A stretch of 64,000 nt of DNA from an uncultured Planctomycetaceae bacterium (lineage in GTDB: Bacteria > Planctomycetota > Planctomycetia > Pirellulales > PALSA-1355), in contig CAWAUV010000008.1 of NCBI GenBank assembly GCA_963785305.1, forward strand, positions 288,001 through 352,000, read 5' to 3'. A program made the translations under genes and the position numbers. The notes beneath the pieces were generated by a model, which saw only the letters and a list, made by a program, of their open reading frames with translations, was not told the origin of the DNA and made no database searches. This document shows positions 36,729-47,699 of this stretch, one piece after another. The first letter of the stretch is position 1. Every line of letters starts with the position of its first letter.

Positions 36729-37819
36729 GTGGAGCCGATGTTGCGGAAATTTTTAACTTACAAAAAGTTCTTGATGATCCACGATTCGAGGGTTTCGGAC
36801 TCGACACGTTGCCGTCGTTGTTGGGAAGAGAAAATATAAATGACGACATGTACCCGGCATATCGTCATTCCGAAGTGGGGCGGAACTGGCGCCCCGTGCG
36901 TCTAGCGAAATTGTGGCTGCCGCCGCAGGTCGAGGGACGCGTGCAGCCATTTAACGACTGCCCGTGTGTAAATTTGAGTTATCCGGCCTTCAGTCGCCGC
37001 GCGTGCGACGCGTTGCGCGACTTGCTCGAGCCGAACGGCGAGCTGCTGCCGCTCGATTCGGATGCGGGCGAATACTATTTCTACAACATCACCACGGTGA
37101 TCGACGCCTTGGATCTCAAGAAATCGAAAGGCGCGTTCTTCGATTCGGGTATCGCAATCGGCGACTTGATGGATTATTTCTGGTTCCATCCCGCGAAGCT
37201 CGCGGGCGCGACTATTTTTCGAGTTCCCGATGTGCCTGCCTGCGCGCTGGTCACGCGGACATTCATCGATCGGGTGCATGAGGCCGGACTGAACGGCTTC
37301 GACTTCATCAAGCTGTGGCCGCTTCCCAAGGGATCGAACTGGCGCATCGAAGACAAAAAGCTGAAGAAGAAACAGTTCTCGATCCGCAAGGAGATGAAGG
37401 CACAAACGCTGGTCGTGGCGTTCGCGCTTTCGGGCAAGAAGCCGAGCGCGGCCGAAAAGAAATCGTTGGCCAAGCTCGAGGACGATCTCGACGCGCAGCT
37501 TGCCGTCCGTTCGCTCGACGCGCCGTTTTTCGGCGTGTACGAAGGTCATGAGATTCAAGAAGGCGAATACCGGATGTTCCTGCGCTGCCCCGATGCCGAT
37601 GCACTGGCCGCGAAGCTGCTCCCATGGCTGCAATCGATTGTTTGGAGTAGCGAAGTGCATGCGATGAAACGCTACGGCGACATGCGTGATCCCAACGCGA
37701 GGGAGAAAATTCTCGATTTGAGCCGTGCCCCGGCGGCGCCCCAGAAGAAGGCCTCGCGTGCTCCGGCCAAGAAAGCGCCGCATAAAACAGCGAAACGCCC
37801 GCGCCGGCCCAAGGACTGA
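36725..37819 (+). CDS. Imm11/DUF1629-like immunity protein with an extra C-terminal domain
   Basis: ATGA overlap with the toxin stop; AFSRRACDALRDLLEPNGELLPL...YYFYNITTVIDALD...IFRVP...FIDRVHEAGLNGFDF. Confidence 0.7.
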   Translation: MSGADVAEIFNLQKVLDDPRFEGFGLDTLPSLLGRENINDDMYPAYRHSEVGRNWRPVRLAKLWLPPQVEGRVQPFNDCPCVNLSYPAFSRRACDALRDLLEPNGELLPLDSDAGEYYFYNITTVIDALDLKKSKGAFFDSGIAIGDLMDYFWFHPAKLAGATIFRVPDVPACALVTRTFIDRVHEAGLNGFDFIKLWPLPKGSNWRIEDKKLKKKQFSIRKEMKAQTLVVAFALSGKKPSAAEKKSLAKLEDDLDAQLAVRSLDAPFFGVYEGHEIQEGEYRMFLRCPDADALAAKLLPWLQSIVWSSEVHAMKRYGDMRDPNAREKILDLSRAPAAPQKKASRAPAKKAPHKTAKRPRRPKD

Positions 37820-37864
37820 GTCTTTCGTTTCAGCAACAAATTTTACATCGAAAGCGAGCGCCCC

Positions 37865-38380
37865 ATGGCGAAACAAGCTTCGAACAGCGGCGGCGCGAAC
37901 ATCACCGATCGGCCATTGGACGCCGAGACACTTCGGCTCATCAAAGCGAGCGCCGACGAAGGCGCCCAATGGCGCGGCATCGACCTCGCGGCCTCGACGC
38001 CCGCGGAGATCGTGGCCGCGATCGACGAAGCGGTGTATGAACTGCAAAAAGCCTCTGGCGCTCCGCTGCCCTATGAAGGCGATCCGGCGATCAGTCTCGG
38101 CAGCCTGTGGGGCGAGCAACTCATCCGCGAATTCGGCTGGGAGTGGGCTTCGGTGCATTTCGGCGCCGACGGCACGAAATCGATCGGCGTCGTCTCCGCC
38201 AACCGGTCTCTCGCGATCTATCCACTGTATTTCGCGCGGGCTTGCCTCGACGGCGAGGCGGCGGTGACGATCGCGCTGGCCTTCAACATGCTGAAAGACG
38301 GAAAACGAATCCCCAAGCTTCCGCCGCGCGGCTACGCCGAAGTGATGAGTTGCGTGCGTCCCATCGTGCCACGCGGCTGA
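37865..38380 (+). CDS. Putative orphan immunity protein
   Basis: LGSLWGEQLIREFGWEW motif; position inside the toxin/immunity array. Confidence 0.55.
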   Translation: MAKQASNSGGANITDRPLDAETLRLIKASADEGAQWRGIDLAASTPAEIVAAIDEAVYELQKASGAPLPYEGDPAISLGSLWGEQLIREFGWEWASVHFGADGTKSIGVVSANRSLAIYPLYFARACLDGEAAVTIALAFNMLKDGKRIPKLPPRGYAEVMSCVRPIVPRG

Positions 38381-38397
38381 TCCGCCGGTTTCGCGAC

Positions 38398-39831
38398 CTG
38401 GGGCACGAGCCTCCACACCGAAAACGGCCAATGGCAGCTCGTCAACGGCCAGACGCTTTCCTCGAGCGCTACCTTCGGCGAGAACGACGGCAAGGACGTC
38501 GCCTCCAGCGCCCCCGTCAGTTTCTCGACCAGAGGTGGCGTCGAGGAGGGTTCCGGCGGGAGCCGGCTTCGATCACGACCAACGATTATTATTCCGATCA
38601 CATCAGCTACTCCGCCGCCGGCATCACCGCGTTCCGCTCCGCGCCCGACACGCCGATCTCGACCGGACAAGGCTTCCTGCCGATCTCGATCATCGAGCAG
38701 TTCCAGGAAGTCTGGGCGTTCAATCTTCATGCCGAGCGGTGGGAGCTCAAGCCGGTCTTGGAGACGTTCGCCTTCGACTACGTGGGCGACATGGCGCATG
38801 TTTCGCTCGTCGGCCCGGCAGGCGAGGAAACCATTAAGGCGACGCCGGGGCATCCGTATTGGGTGATCGAGGGCGAAGGGCTCGATGAGCGTCCGCGCGG
38901 CCAGCACATCCAGGCGATCGAATCGGACTTGGAAGGCGGCGCATTCGCCGCTGTCGGCAAAGCGGCGATGTACGCCGGCTGTAAGCTGGGCATCACGCCG
39001 TTCTGCTTCGCCCCCGACACGCCGATCTCGACCGGCCAAGGCTTCCTACCGATCTCGATCATCGAGCAGTTCCAGGAAGTCTGGGCGTTCGATCTGCACG
39101 CCGAGCGGTGGGAATTCAAGCCGGTCTTGGAGACGTTCGCCTTCGACTACGAAGGCGACATGGCGCATGTTTCGCTCGTTGGACCGGCCGGTGAGGAAAC
39201 GATTCGCGCCACGCCGGGGCATCCGTATTGGGTGATCGAGGGCGAAGGGCTCGATGAGCGGCCCAAGGGCGAGCACATTCAGGCGATCGAATCGGACTTG
39301 GAAGGCTCGCCGGTCCCCGGCCGCTGGGTGGATGCGGGCGACTTGCGCGCCGGCGACGTGCTCTTGCTCAAGAATTCGCCGCCGCTGCGCGTGGAGCGCG
39401 TCTGGCTGGAGCCGTACGCCGGCAAGGTGTACAACTTCTTCGTCGGCGATCTGCACACGTATGCCGTCGGCTTCCACGCGGCGCTCGTGCATAATACGTG
39501 CTCGGCCGCTCAGTTGGCGCTGAACAGAGCAAACGGAAAGGCGGCCGAAGCGACCGCCTTGCAACTGCTGAAGGCCGGCGGCAACACGATATTGGGCACG
39601 GAAATCCGCGTGCTGACTTCGGCGGGGGTTCGACGGATCGATATTTTGGCAAAAACCGCGGCGGGTAAAATCTTCGCCATCGAGGTCAAGTCGGGCAACG
39701 CCCGGTATCTCGCCGCGCAGCAAATAAAAGACAAATTGATCGCCGCGGGCGGTGGAACGTTTTCAAAGGATCTCGAAGCAGTCGGCGTGATCGCGGGCGC
39801 CAATATTCCAACCTTTTTGTGGAGGTTCTAG
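38398..39831 (+). CDS. Orphan mosaic cassette: diverged stalk fragment, partial HINT, full HINT, PD-(D/E)xK nuclease tip (allele 2)
   Basis: 38398-38490 resembles 31648-31740; partial HINT ~38641-38935; full HINT from 39004; tip RRIDIL...AIEVKSGNA...QQIKD. Confidence 0.75.
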   Translation: MGHEPPHRKRPMAARQRPDAFLERYLRRERRQGRRLQRPRQFLDQRWRRGGFRREPASITTNDYYSDHISYSAAGITAFRSAPDTPISTGQGFLPISIIEQFQEVWAFNLHAERWELKPVLETFAFDYVGDMAHVSLVGPAGEETIKATPGHPYWVIEGEGLDERPRGQHIQAIESDLEGGAFAAVGKAAMYAGCKLGITPFCFAPDTPISTGQGFLPISIIEQFQEVWAFDLHAERWEFKPVLETFAFDYEGDMAHVSLVGPAGEETIRATPGHPYWVIEGEGLDERPKGEHIQAIESDLEGSPVPGRWVDAGDLRAGDVLLLKNSPPLRVERVWLEPYAGKVYNFFVGDLHTYAVGFHAALVHNTCSAAQLALNRANGKAAEATALQLLKAGGNTILGTEIRVLTSAGVRRIDILAKTAAGKIFAIEVKSGNARYLAAQQIKDKLIAAGGGTFSKDLEAVGVIAGANIPTFLWRF

Positions 39832-39837
39832 GTTGTA

Positions 39838-40524
39838 ATGAATTACAAGCAGCTGAAAAAAGAGTTTTGGCGAGCGGCGCGCGAGATGTTCGCGCCGCTC
39901 GGCTATGAACCGCTGAAAGGCGATGACGAGCATTTGAAGAAATATTATCCTTGGGGTTTTTCATGGCTCTGGTTCAATTTCTCGAAACATTTCGACTGTT
40001 TCATTGTGACCTTGTATCAGTTCATACGAATCGACGCGATCGAAGAAATCGCACTCAGGAATGACACGGATTGGTCTGAAGAACGAAGGCCCGAGATATT
40101 TTCCATGGGTTGCAACCTCGGCCATCTATCGGATCCGCGCGGGCCGACGAATGAACTTTTACGTTGGGAAGTTTCCGGCGACGAAGACATCCCTCGCGTG
40201 GTGGCTGACATCGTGCGGCAATTCGAATCGCTTGCCGTGCCTTATATCGAGAAATACCACGATCCACGAAACGCGCTGGAGCTTTTCTTGGACGATAGCC
40301 CGAACGCCTGGTTTCTGCGAACCGGCACGGATTGCAGCCGGGCGAAACAAGTGGTCGCGACGGCGCTGGTGGTGAAGAAAGACAAAGCCTGGATCAAGGC
40401 GTACATCGAGCGGATCATCCCCTATCTCGCGACGCGGCAGGATGGCAACATCCCCCGGTTCATGAATTTTCTCGCCTCGCTCGACGATCCCGAGCTGTTG
40501 CCGAGCGAGATTCCGAAAGTTTGA
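39838..40524 (+). CDS. Immunity protein for nuclease allele 2
   Basis: Homolog of 33936..34616 (YPWG, MG.N.G.L, RAKQ.V..AL, L.DP.LLPS.IP). Confidence 0.75.
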   Translation: MNYKQLKKEFWRAAREMFAPLGYEPLKGDDEHLKKYYPWGFSWLWFNFSKHFDCFIVTLYQFIRIDAIEEIALRNDTDWSEERRPEIFSMGCNLGHLSDPRGPTNELLRWEVSGDEDIPRVVADIVRQFESLAVPYIEKYHDPRNALELFLDDSPNAWFLRTGTDCSRAKQVVATALVVKKDKAWIKAYIERIIPYLATRQDGNIPRFMNFLASLDDPELLPSEIPKV

Positions 40525-40588
40525 TCCGGCGTGGCCATGCCGTATCGAACGCCGATCACTGATATCAACACATGGGAGTTCCCGATCC

Positions 40589-40939
40589 ATGACCTACGAC
40601 CTGAATTTCTTCAAGGAACAGCCCGGCGTCGAAATCGACGCGCTGGCGGTGTATGAGCAATTATGCGATGAGCATGAAGTGCCCGGCCTCGTGGAACTGC
40701 CGGTCGAACGCATGCTGGCGCGGATCAAGGAGATGTATCCCGACGAGTGGACGCAATACGACGACGGGCATTGGGAATCATCGGAAGACGTGATCGAAGT
40801 CACGTCGCGGCCCTGTTTCCTGCGCGTCGACTTCCCCGCCCTGGGGCGCGAGGACCTGGAAGCGATGATGGAGCTCGCCCGCGAGTTCGACTGCCCGCTG
40901 TACGATCCCCAGACCGGCGAACGGTTTGAAGTGAAATAA
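40589..40939 (+). CDS. Small acidic conserved protein (copy 2)
   Basis: MTYDLNFFK...YDPQTGERFEVK. Confidence 0.7.
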   Translation: MTYDLNFFKEQPGVEIDALAVYEQLCDEHEVPGLVELPVERMLARIKEMYPDEWTQYDDGHWESSEDVIEVTSRPCFLRVDFPALGREDLEAMMELAREFDCPLYDPQTGERFEVK

Positions 40940-41163
40940 CCCGTCGCCGGCGTAATGGTTCGGCCTGGAGGCAAGCGTGCTAGTCGGCAAACCGCGAGTC
41001 TCGCGCCGTCGACAAAAAAGCATATTCACCACGCCGGACACGACGACGGAAAACCGTTTCCGCGGCGCGTCGTCGAGCCCGCGCTTTCTTGCCGTCGTCG
41101 CGTCTTCGTGTCCGTCGTGTTGACACTTCTTCGCTCTCTTGTCCCACGTCGAGACCAAGCGGA

Positions 41164-42628
41164 CCGGCCCCAACGGCGCCGAGAAATTCTTCCAGCAAGC
41201 GAGCGGCTTGATCGCGGCGAGCGGCAATGTGCTCGACCAGCCGACGCTGGCGAGCATCCCGCTGCCGCCGGGCGCGTCGATCAACATCGATTCGACGTCG
41301 ATCACTTTCGGCGCGTCGCCGGCCATTCCGCAACCGTGGACCACCACGGTATACAATGTCGGCGTGGGATTCGCCAGCGGGGCGGCGGGCGGGGTGGCGG
41401 GCGCGATTCCCGGGCGCTGGTCGCGTCGGTCGTGACCGGCCCGGCGGGATTTTTCACGGTGCTGACCGCGGGAGCGGTCTCCGGCGGAGTCGCGGGCGCC
41501 ATCGCCGGTTACTCGGCCAAGAACAGCACGGCGGTGATGCAATCCGCCTACAACAGCGGCCTCGCCGCCGGCTTCGAGACCGGCGTGGCGATGATCTTCA
41601 CCGGCGCGGCGCGGCCGTGCAAATCCTGGTCGGCGCCGGCGCCGCCGCCACGACGAACGTGATCGGCCAACTCGCGCATGGCGTGAGCTTGAACCAACTA
41701 AATTACGCGTCGATCGGCTGGTCGGCCTTGCAAGGCGGCGCGTTCGCCGCTGTCGGCAAAGCGGCGATGTACGTTGGCTGCCGACTCGGCGTCGCGCCAT
41801 TCTGCTTCGCCCCCGACACGCCGATCTCGACCGGCCAAGGCTTCCTACCGATCTCGATCATCGAGCAGTTCCAGGAAGTCTGGGCGTTCGATCTGCACGC
41901 CGAGCGGTGGGAATTCAAGCCGGTCTTGGAGACGTTCGCCTTCGACTACGAAGGCGACATGGCGCATGTTTCGCTCGTTGGACCGGCCGGTGAGGAAACG
42001 ATTCGCGCCACGCCGGGGCATCCGTATTGGGTGATCGAGGGCGAAGGGCTCGATGAGCGGCCCAAGGGCGAGCACATTCAGGCGATCGAATCGGACTTGG
42101 AAGGCTCGCCGGTCCCCGGCCGCTGGGTGGATGCGGGCGACTTGCGCCGGCGACGTGCTCTTGCTCAAGAATTCGCCGCCGCTGCGCGTGGAGCGCGTCT
42201 GGCTGGAGCCGTACGCCGGCAAGGTGTACAACTTCTTCGTCGGCGATCTGCACACGTATGCCGTCGGCTTCCACGCGGCGCTCGTGCATAATACGTGCTC
42301 GGCCGCTCAGTTGGCGCTGAACAGAGCAAACGGAAAGGCGGCCGAAGCGACCGCCTTGCAACTGCTGAAGGCCGGCGGCAACACGATATTGGGCACGGAA
42401 ATCCGCGTGCTGACTTCGGCGGGGGTTCGACGGATCGATATTTTGGCAAAAACCGCGGCGGGTAAAATCTTCGCCATCGAGGTCAAGTCGGGCAACGCCC
42501 GGTATCTCGCCGCGCAGCAAATAAAAGACAAATTGATCGCCGCGGGCGGTGGAACGTTTTCAAAGGATCTCGAAGCAGTCGGCGTGATCGCGGGCGCCAA
42601 TATTCCAACCTTTTTGTGGAGGTTCTAG
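41164..42628 (+). CDS. Orphan cassette: class A stalk, HINT, nuclease allele 2 (duplicate; apparent frameshifts)
   Basis: Stalk matches the 35243 cassette (MYVGCRLGVAPFCF); HINT and tip match 39004-39831. Confidence 0.75.
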
Positions 42629-42634
42629 GTTGTA

Positions 42635-43321
42635 ATGAATTACAAGCAGCTGAAAAAAGAGTTTTGGCGAGCGGCGCGCGAGATGTTCGCGCCGCTCGGC
42701 TATGAACCGCTGAAAGGCGATGACGAGCATTTGAAGAAATATTATCCTTGGGGTTTTTCATGGCTCTGGTTCAATTTCTCGAAACATTTCGACTGTTTCA
42801 TTGTGACCTTGTATCAGTTCATACGAATCGACGCGATCGAAGAAATCGCACTCAGGAATGACACGGATTGGTCTGAAGAACGAAGGCCCGAGATATTTTC
42901 CATGGGTTGCAACCTCGGCCATCTATCGGATCCGCGCGGGCCGACGAATGAACTTTTACGTTGGGAAGTTTCCGGCGACGAAGACATCCCTCGCGTGGTG
43001 GCTGACATCGTGCGGCAATTCGAATCGCTTGCCGTGCCTTATATCGAGAAATACCACGATCCACGAAACGCGCTGGAGCTTTTCTTGGACGATAGCCCGA
43101 ACGCCTGGTTTCTGCGAACCGGCACGGATTGCAGCCGGGCGAAACAAGTGGTCGCGACGGCGCTGGTGGTGAAGAAAGACAAAGCCTGGATCAAGGCGTA
43201 CATCGAGCGGATCATCCCCTATCTCGCGACGCGGCAGGATGGCAACATCCCCCGGTTCATGAATTTTCTCGCCTCGCTCGACGATCCCGAGCTGTTGCCG
43301 AGCGAGATTCCGAAAGTTTGA
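42635..43321 (+). CDS. Immunity protein, duplicate of 39838..40524
   Basis: Identical translation, offset 2797 bp. Confidence 0.75.
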   Translation: MNYKQLKKEFWRAAREMFAPLGYEPLKGDDEHLKKYYPWGFSWLWFNFSKHFDCFIVTLYQFIRIDAIEEIALRNDTDWSEERRPEIFSMGCNLGHLSDPRGPTNELLRWEVSGDEDIPRVVADIVRQFESLAVPYIEKYHDPRNALELFLDDSPNAWFLRTGTDCSRAKQVVATALVVKKDKAWIKAYIERIIPYLATRQDGNIPRFMNFLASLDDPELLPSEIPKV

Positions 43322-43385
43322 TCCGGCGTGGCCATGCCGTATCGAACGCCGATCACTGATATCAACACATGGGAGTTCCCGATCC

Positions 43386-43736
43386 ATGACCTACGACCTG
43401 AATTTCTTCAAGGAACAGCCCGGCGTCGAAATCGACGCGCTGGCGGTGTATGAGCAATTATGCGATGAGCATGAAGTGCCCGGCCTCGTGGAACTGCCGG
43501 TCGAACGCATGCTGGCGCGGATCAAGGAGATGTATCCCGACGAGTGGACGCAATACGACGGCGGGCATTGGGAATCATCGGAAGACGTGATCGAAGTCAC
43601 GTCGCGGCCCTGTTTCCTGCGCGTCGACTTCCCCGCCCTGGGGCGCGAGGACCTGGAAGCGATGATGGAGCTCGCCCGCGAGTTCGACTGCCCGCTGTAC
43701 GATCCCCAGACCGGCGAACGGTTTGAAGTGAAATAA
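43386..43736 (+). CDS. Small acidic conserved protein (copy 3)
   Basis: One residue different from 40589..40939 (YDDGHW vs YDGGHW). Confidence 0.7.
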   Translation: MTYDLNFFKEQPGVEIDALAVYEQLCDEHEVPGLVELPVERMLARIKEMYPDEWTQYDGGHWESSEDVIEVTSRPCFLRVDFPALGREDLEAMMELAREFDCPLYDPQTGERFEVK

Positions 43737-43960
43737 CCCGTCGCCGGCGTAATGGTTCGGCCTGGAGGCAAGCGTGCTAGTCGGCAAACCGCGAGTCTCG
43801 CGCCGTCGACAAAAAAGCATATTCACCACGCCGGACACGACGACGGAAAACCGTTTCCGCGGCGCGTCGTCGAGCCCGCGCTTTCTTGCCGTCGTCGCGT
43901 CTTCGTGTCCGTCGTGTTGACACTTCTTCGCTCTCTTGTCCCACGTCGAGACCAAGCGGA

Positions 43961-44268
43961 CCGGCCCCAACGGCGCCGAGAAATTCTTCCAGCAAGCGAG
44001 CGGCTTGATCGCGGCGAGCGGCAATGTGCTCGACCAGCCGACGCTGGCGAGCATCCCGCTGCCGCCGGGCGCGTCGATCAACATCGATTCGACGTCGATC
44101 ACTTTCGGCGCGTCGCCGGCCATTCCGCAACCGTGGACCACCACGGTATACAATGTCGGCGTGGGATTCGCCAGCGGGGCGGCGGGCGGGGTGGCGGGCG
44201 CGATTCCCGGGCGCTGGTCGCGTCGGTCGTGACCGGCCCGGCGGGATTTTTCACGGTGCTGACCGCGG
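43961..44268 (+). pseudogene. Truncated class A stalk fragment
   Basis: Copy of 41164 onward, cut at GACCGCGG by the end motif at 44270. Confidence 0.75.
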
Positions 44269-44269
44269 A

Positions 44270-44365
44270 GAAAATCAAAGGGGTCAGGCCTCATTGATTT
44301 TGCTGGCGGTTGTTGGTAGACTTGCGGCCATGCTATGACCACCACGAGCCGACGAAGCCGGCGGC
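44270..44365 (+). mobile_element. Left end of RAYT-derived element A (partial; other partial copies at 51452-51534 and 60163-60275; motif-only at 50750 and 51536)
   Basis: GAAAATCAAAGGGGTCAGGCCTCATTGATTTTGCTGGCGG...ATGCTATGACCACCACGAGCCGA, the same as the start of the full copies at 56808 and 62648. Confidence 0.8.
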
Positions 44366-46180
44366 GGGCATGCCGGCAACGCCACCGAGAAGACGAACGA
44401 AACCGCGATGGCGCGGAATCTGTTCTTCCAGAACTACCAAGGCGAGGGAGATGAGAGCACGTCGCTGGCGGTGAACATCTCGCCGGAGACCACGACCAAC
44501 AGCACTTGGCAAGGTAATGTCGGCAAAGCCACCACGGTCTCCGACAGCCCCGGCCAGCAGGTCACGATGACGGTCGATTCGCTGTACGGCAACGGGATTC
44601 CCACCTTTACCACGATCACCAGCGCGTCGAACCCGCAAACGAGCGTCGCGCCATTCTCGGGCGAGGGCGGCCCGAAGTCGGCGTTGCAAGCGGCGCACGC
44701 GGCGGCGTTTGCCTCGACCTACGAAGACGTGTTCGACGAAAACGCGATAACCACGCAAAGCACGCTCACGCCGACACCCACGCGCAGCTCGTCGCCCTGG
44801 GCCAGCTACTGGTCGAACGTCGCCGAAACCGCGAAGGGGTATTTCATCGACGGGCCGGTGAACATGGTGAAGGGCCTCGTGGAAAGCGCCTACCAACTCG
44901 TTACCGATCCCGTGGGCACTTTCAACAATTACGCGAACATCGTCCGGCATCCGTTCGACACCGCGAAAGCGCTCTATCAGCATTACTCCGAGCTAGCGCA
45001 GTCGAACCGCGGCCAGGGCGAGATCGCCTTCGAGTTGGCGAGCGCGCTCGGCCCCGCCGGGCTGGCGAAACTCGACAAGATCCGCACGGCGAGCAAGATC
45101 GCGAAAGCCGCCGAAGCCGCCACCGTCGCCGACGCCAGCCGCGTCGCAACCATCGCCACCGACACCGAGGAGGCGCTCGCCGCCGCCAAGGCCAACGAGG
45201 CGACACGGGCCGGCGAGGTGGCGAACGAGGCGTCGGCCAACGCGGCAAGTGAATTCGTCACCGAAAACGCCGGCTGCTTCTTCGCGGGCACGCTGGTTGC
45301 GACCGAGTTCGGCTCGAAGGCGGTGGAGCGTGTCGGCGCCGACCACTTGGTCTGGGCCTACAACTTCGTCGTGGGGCAATGGGAACTGCGGCATGTCGTT
45401 GAGACGTACCAGACCGATTATGTGGGCGAGAAAATTCGGATCAATGTCGCGGGCGAGTGGATCGAATCAACTCGGCATCATCCAATCTGGGTAGTCGATG
45501 GCAAGGACCTTCAAATTCGGCCACGCCCCGAACACGTCAAGCGTGCCGAGCAGGATGCCGTGGGCGGCATGGGCCGCTGGGTCGACGCGGGCGATTTGCG
45601 GGTCGGGGACGTGCTGCTGCTCAAGCCTGATCGTCGAGCGAAGATTCGGGCGATTCAGGTTCAACTTGTCGTCGCGACGGTCTATAATTTCCAAGTCGAG
45701 GGCTTGCACAACTACGCCGTCGGCAATGCCCGTGTGTTGGTGCATAACAACGCGCCATGCTCCAAAGGGGCTAGTAATGTTCTTGATGCAACGGAAAATG
45801 TTCAGCCATATGACGTTGATTCGTATGGAAACCTTCAGCAAAGATCTCAGGTGGGAGACGGCCTATCGTTGGATCACCAGCCCTCCAATGCTTCGAATAT
45901 TGCTCGCGAGGAAGCTAAGCTTGGCCGGCAATTGAACGCTCAGGAGCGAGCAGCAATCAGAGATCAAGGTCCGGCTGTGGCTGTTCCCGAAGAATTGCAT
46001 AGAGCGGGAAGCCCGACATATGGCGGCAGGAATGCAGCGGCGCAAATAGCGGCCGACGCAGCAGATCCAATTGCGGCGGTAAGTCGTGACACGCAAGCAA
46101 TGATCAACGCGGCGAGCGAAGCATATAAATCGGCAGCTGTGGCCGCGGCTGCTAAACTTCGATTACTGGCTGGAGGATAA
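44362..46180 (+). CDS. Orphan cassette: class B stalk, HINT, HNH-like nuclease tip
   Basis: HINT GCFFAGT...LVHNN; tip GDGLSLDHQPS...AVAVPEELH...SPTYGGRN. Confidence 0.75.
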
Positions 46181-46184
46181 TTAA

Positions 46185-46676
46185 TTGGTATTTGATTTCG
46201 AGCAATTGCGAAGCCTCTTGCGCCGCCCAAGCGATGACGCACGCGTGCTGAAGCTCGTCGGCGGCGATTCTTCGGTTATCATACGAGATGAGTATTACGG
46301 ATCAGTTGAACTTAAAGACATGGGTCTTGAGTTAGTGATGCAGGAAGCGCCTTGGGTTCTTCCTCCCTCGGATTTTAGCGATCCAAAAAGCCTCTACGTC
46401 TCTGGCTTTCATTTTTATCGAGCAGGACTTAACGGATATTCTGAGTATCGTGGTAACTTTCCGAACGGAACGGCATTTGGTGATTCCGAGTCAAAGATTC
46501 GATGTAAGTTGGGAAAGCCGTTGAAGACTAGTGCTGGTGGGATTACACCAATTCTCAAAAAGCCCGTGCCCCGTTGGCTCCGCTACCCTCTTGTTGACTC
46601 GATGATTCATTTCCAATTCAATGATGATGAGGTGGAAATGGTCACTCTCGAGGTTGAGAGACTATTCGGCGTTTGA
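46185..46676 (+). CDS. Putative immunity protein
   Basis: Starts 4 bp after the toxin stop; AT-richer; YRGNFPNGTAFGDSESKIRCKLGKP...WLRY...IHFQF. Confidence 0.7.
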   Translation: MVFDFEQLRSLLRRPSDDARVLKLVGGDSSVIIRDEYYGSVELKDMGLELVMQEAPWVLPPSDFSDPKSLYVSGFHFYRAGLNGYSEYRGNFPNGTAFGDSESKIRCKLGKPLKTSAGGITPILKKPVPRWLRYPLVDSMIHFQFNDDEVEMVTLEVERLFGV

Positions 46677-46698
46677 TGTTTGCTTGTCCATCGTTGTC

Positions 46699-47692
46699 GA
46701 TCGCGAAAGCCGCCGAAGCCGCCAAGGCAGTCGACGCCAGCCGGGCGGCGAGCATCGCCACGAGCACCGAGGAAGCGCTCGCCGCCGCCAAGGCCGGGGA
46801 AACGACACGCGCCGCCGAAGCCACGTCGACCTGCGAGGGTGAATTCGGCGGCTGCTTCTTCTCCGGCACGCCGGTGGCCACGGAGTTCGGTCACAAGTCC
46901 ATCGAGAGCATTACGGCGGAAGATCGGGTGTGGGCCTGCGATCTGGTAACCAGCCGGTGGGAACTTCGCCCGATCGTTGAAACATATGTGACCGAGTACG
47001 TCGGCCAGAAGATTCGCACGAAGGTCGCCGGTGAATGGATCGAATCGACGTGGCATCACCCGATTTGGGTTGTCGATGGCCACGATCTCGCCGACCGCCC
47101 GCGGCCGGAGCACGTGAAACTCGCCGAAACCGCCGGCGCCACCGTCCCCGGCCGCTGGGTCGACGCGGGCGATCTGCGCGTCGGCGATTCGCTGCTCCTA
47201 AAAGACGGCCGCACGGCGCCGATCGAAGCCATCGAGGTTCACTTCGCCGTCGCCAAAGTTTATAATTTCCAAGTCGAGGGCTTGCACAACTACGCCGTGG
47301 GCAACGTCGAGGCCCTGGTGCATAACAACGCAGTTTGCCCGGGTAGTAGCACGCAAAGCACCGCTGGCGCAAAGCGTGGCCCCAAGACGGACCCGACCGC
47401 GCCGCACAACGCAAAAATACGATCTGAAGCAGATACGCTTGTGAGCGAAGGCAATCAGATTATCGCTGGCGGTGGTCAGAAGCCAGAGAAATTAGTCAGG
47501 ACGCCCGGTGGAAACAAAGAAGGGCGTCGGCCCGATATCGTCTATCAGACTCCCAATGGCGAATTGCGCGGACGTAACATCGGAAAAACAAAGGCTGATG
47601 GTTCGCCAGTCACGCGCGAGCAAAATGCGCTGAACGACCTCAATGGCAAGGGCGGCCTGCCGACGGATTTTGTTGCATATGATTCCTACTGA
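46699..47692 (+). CDS. Orphan cassette: short class B stalk, HINT, REase-like tip (allele 1)
   Basis: Tip HNAKI...GGGQKPE...TPGGNKEGRRPDI...GRNIGKT...REQNALNDL. Confidence 0.7.
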
Positions 47693-47699
47693 GAAAGCC

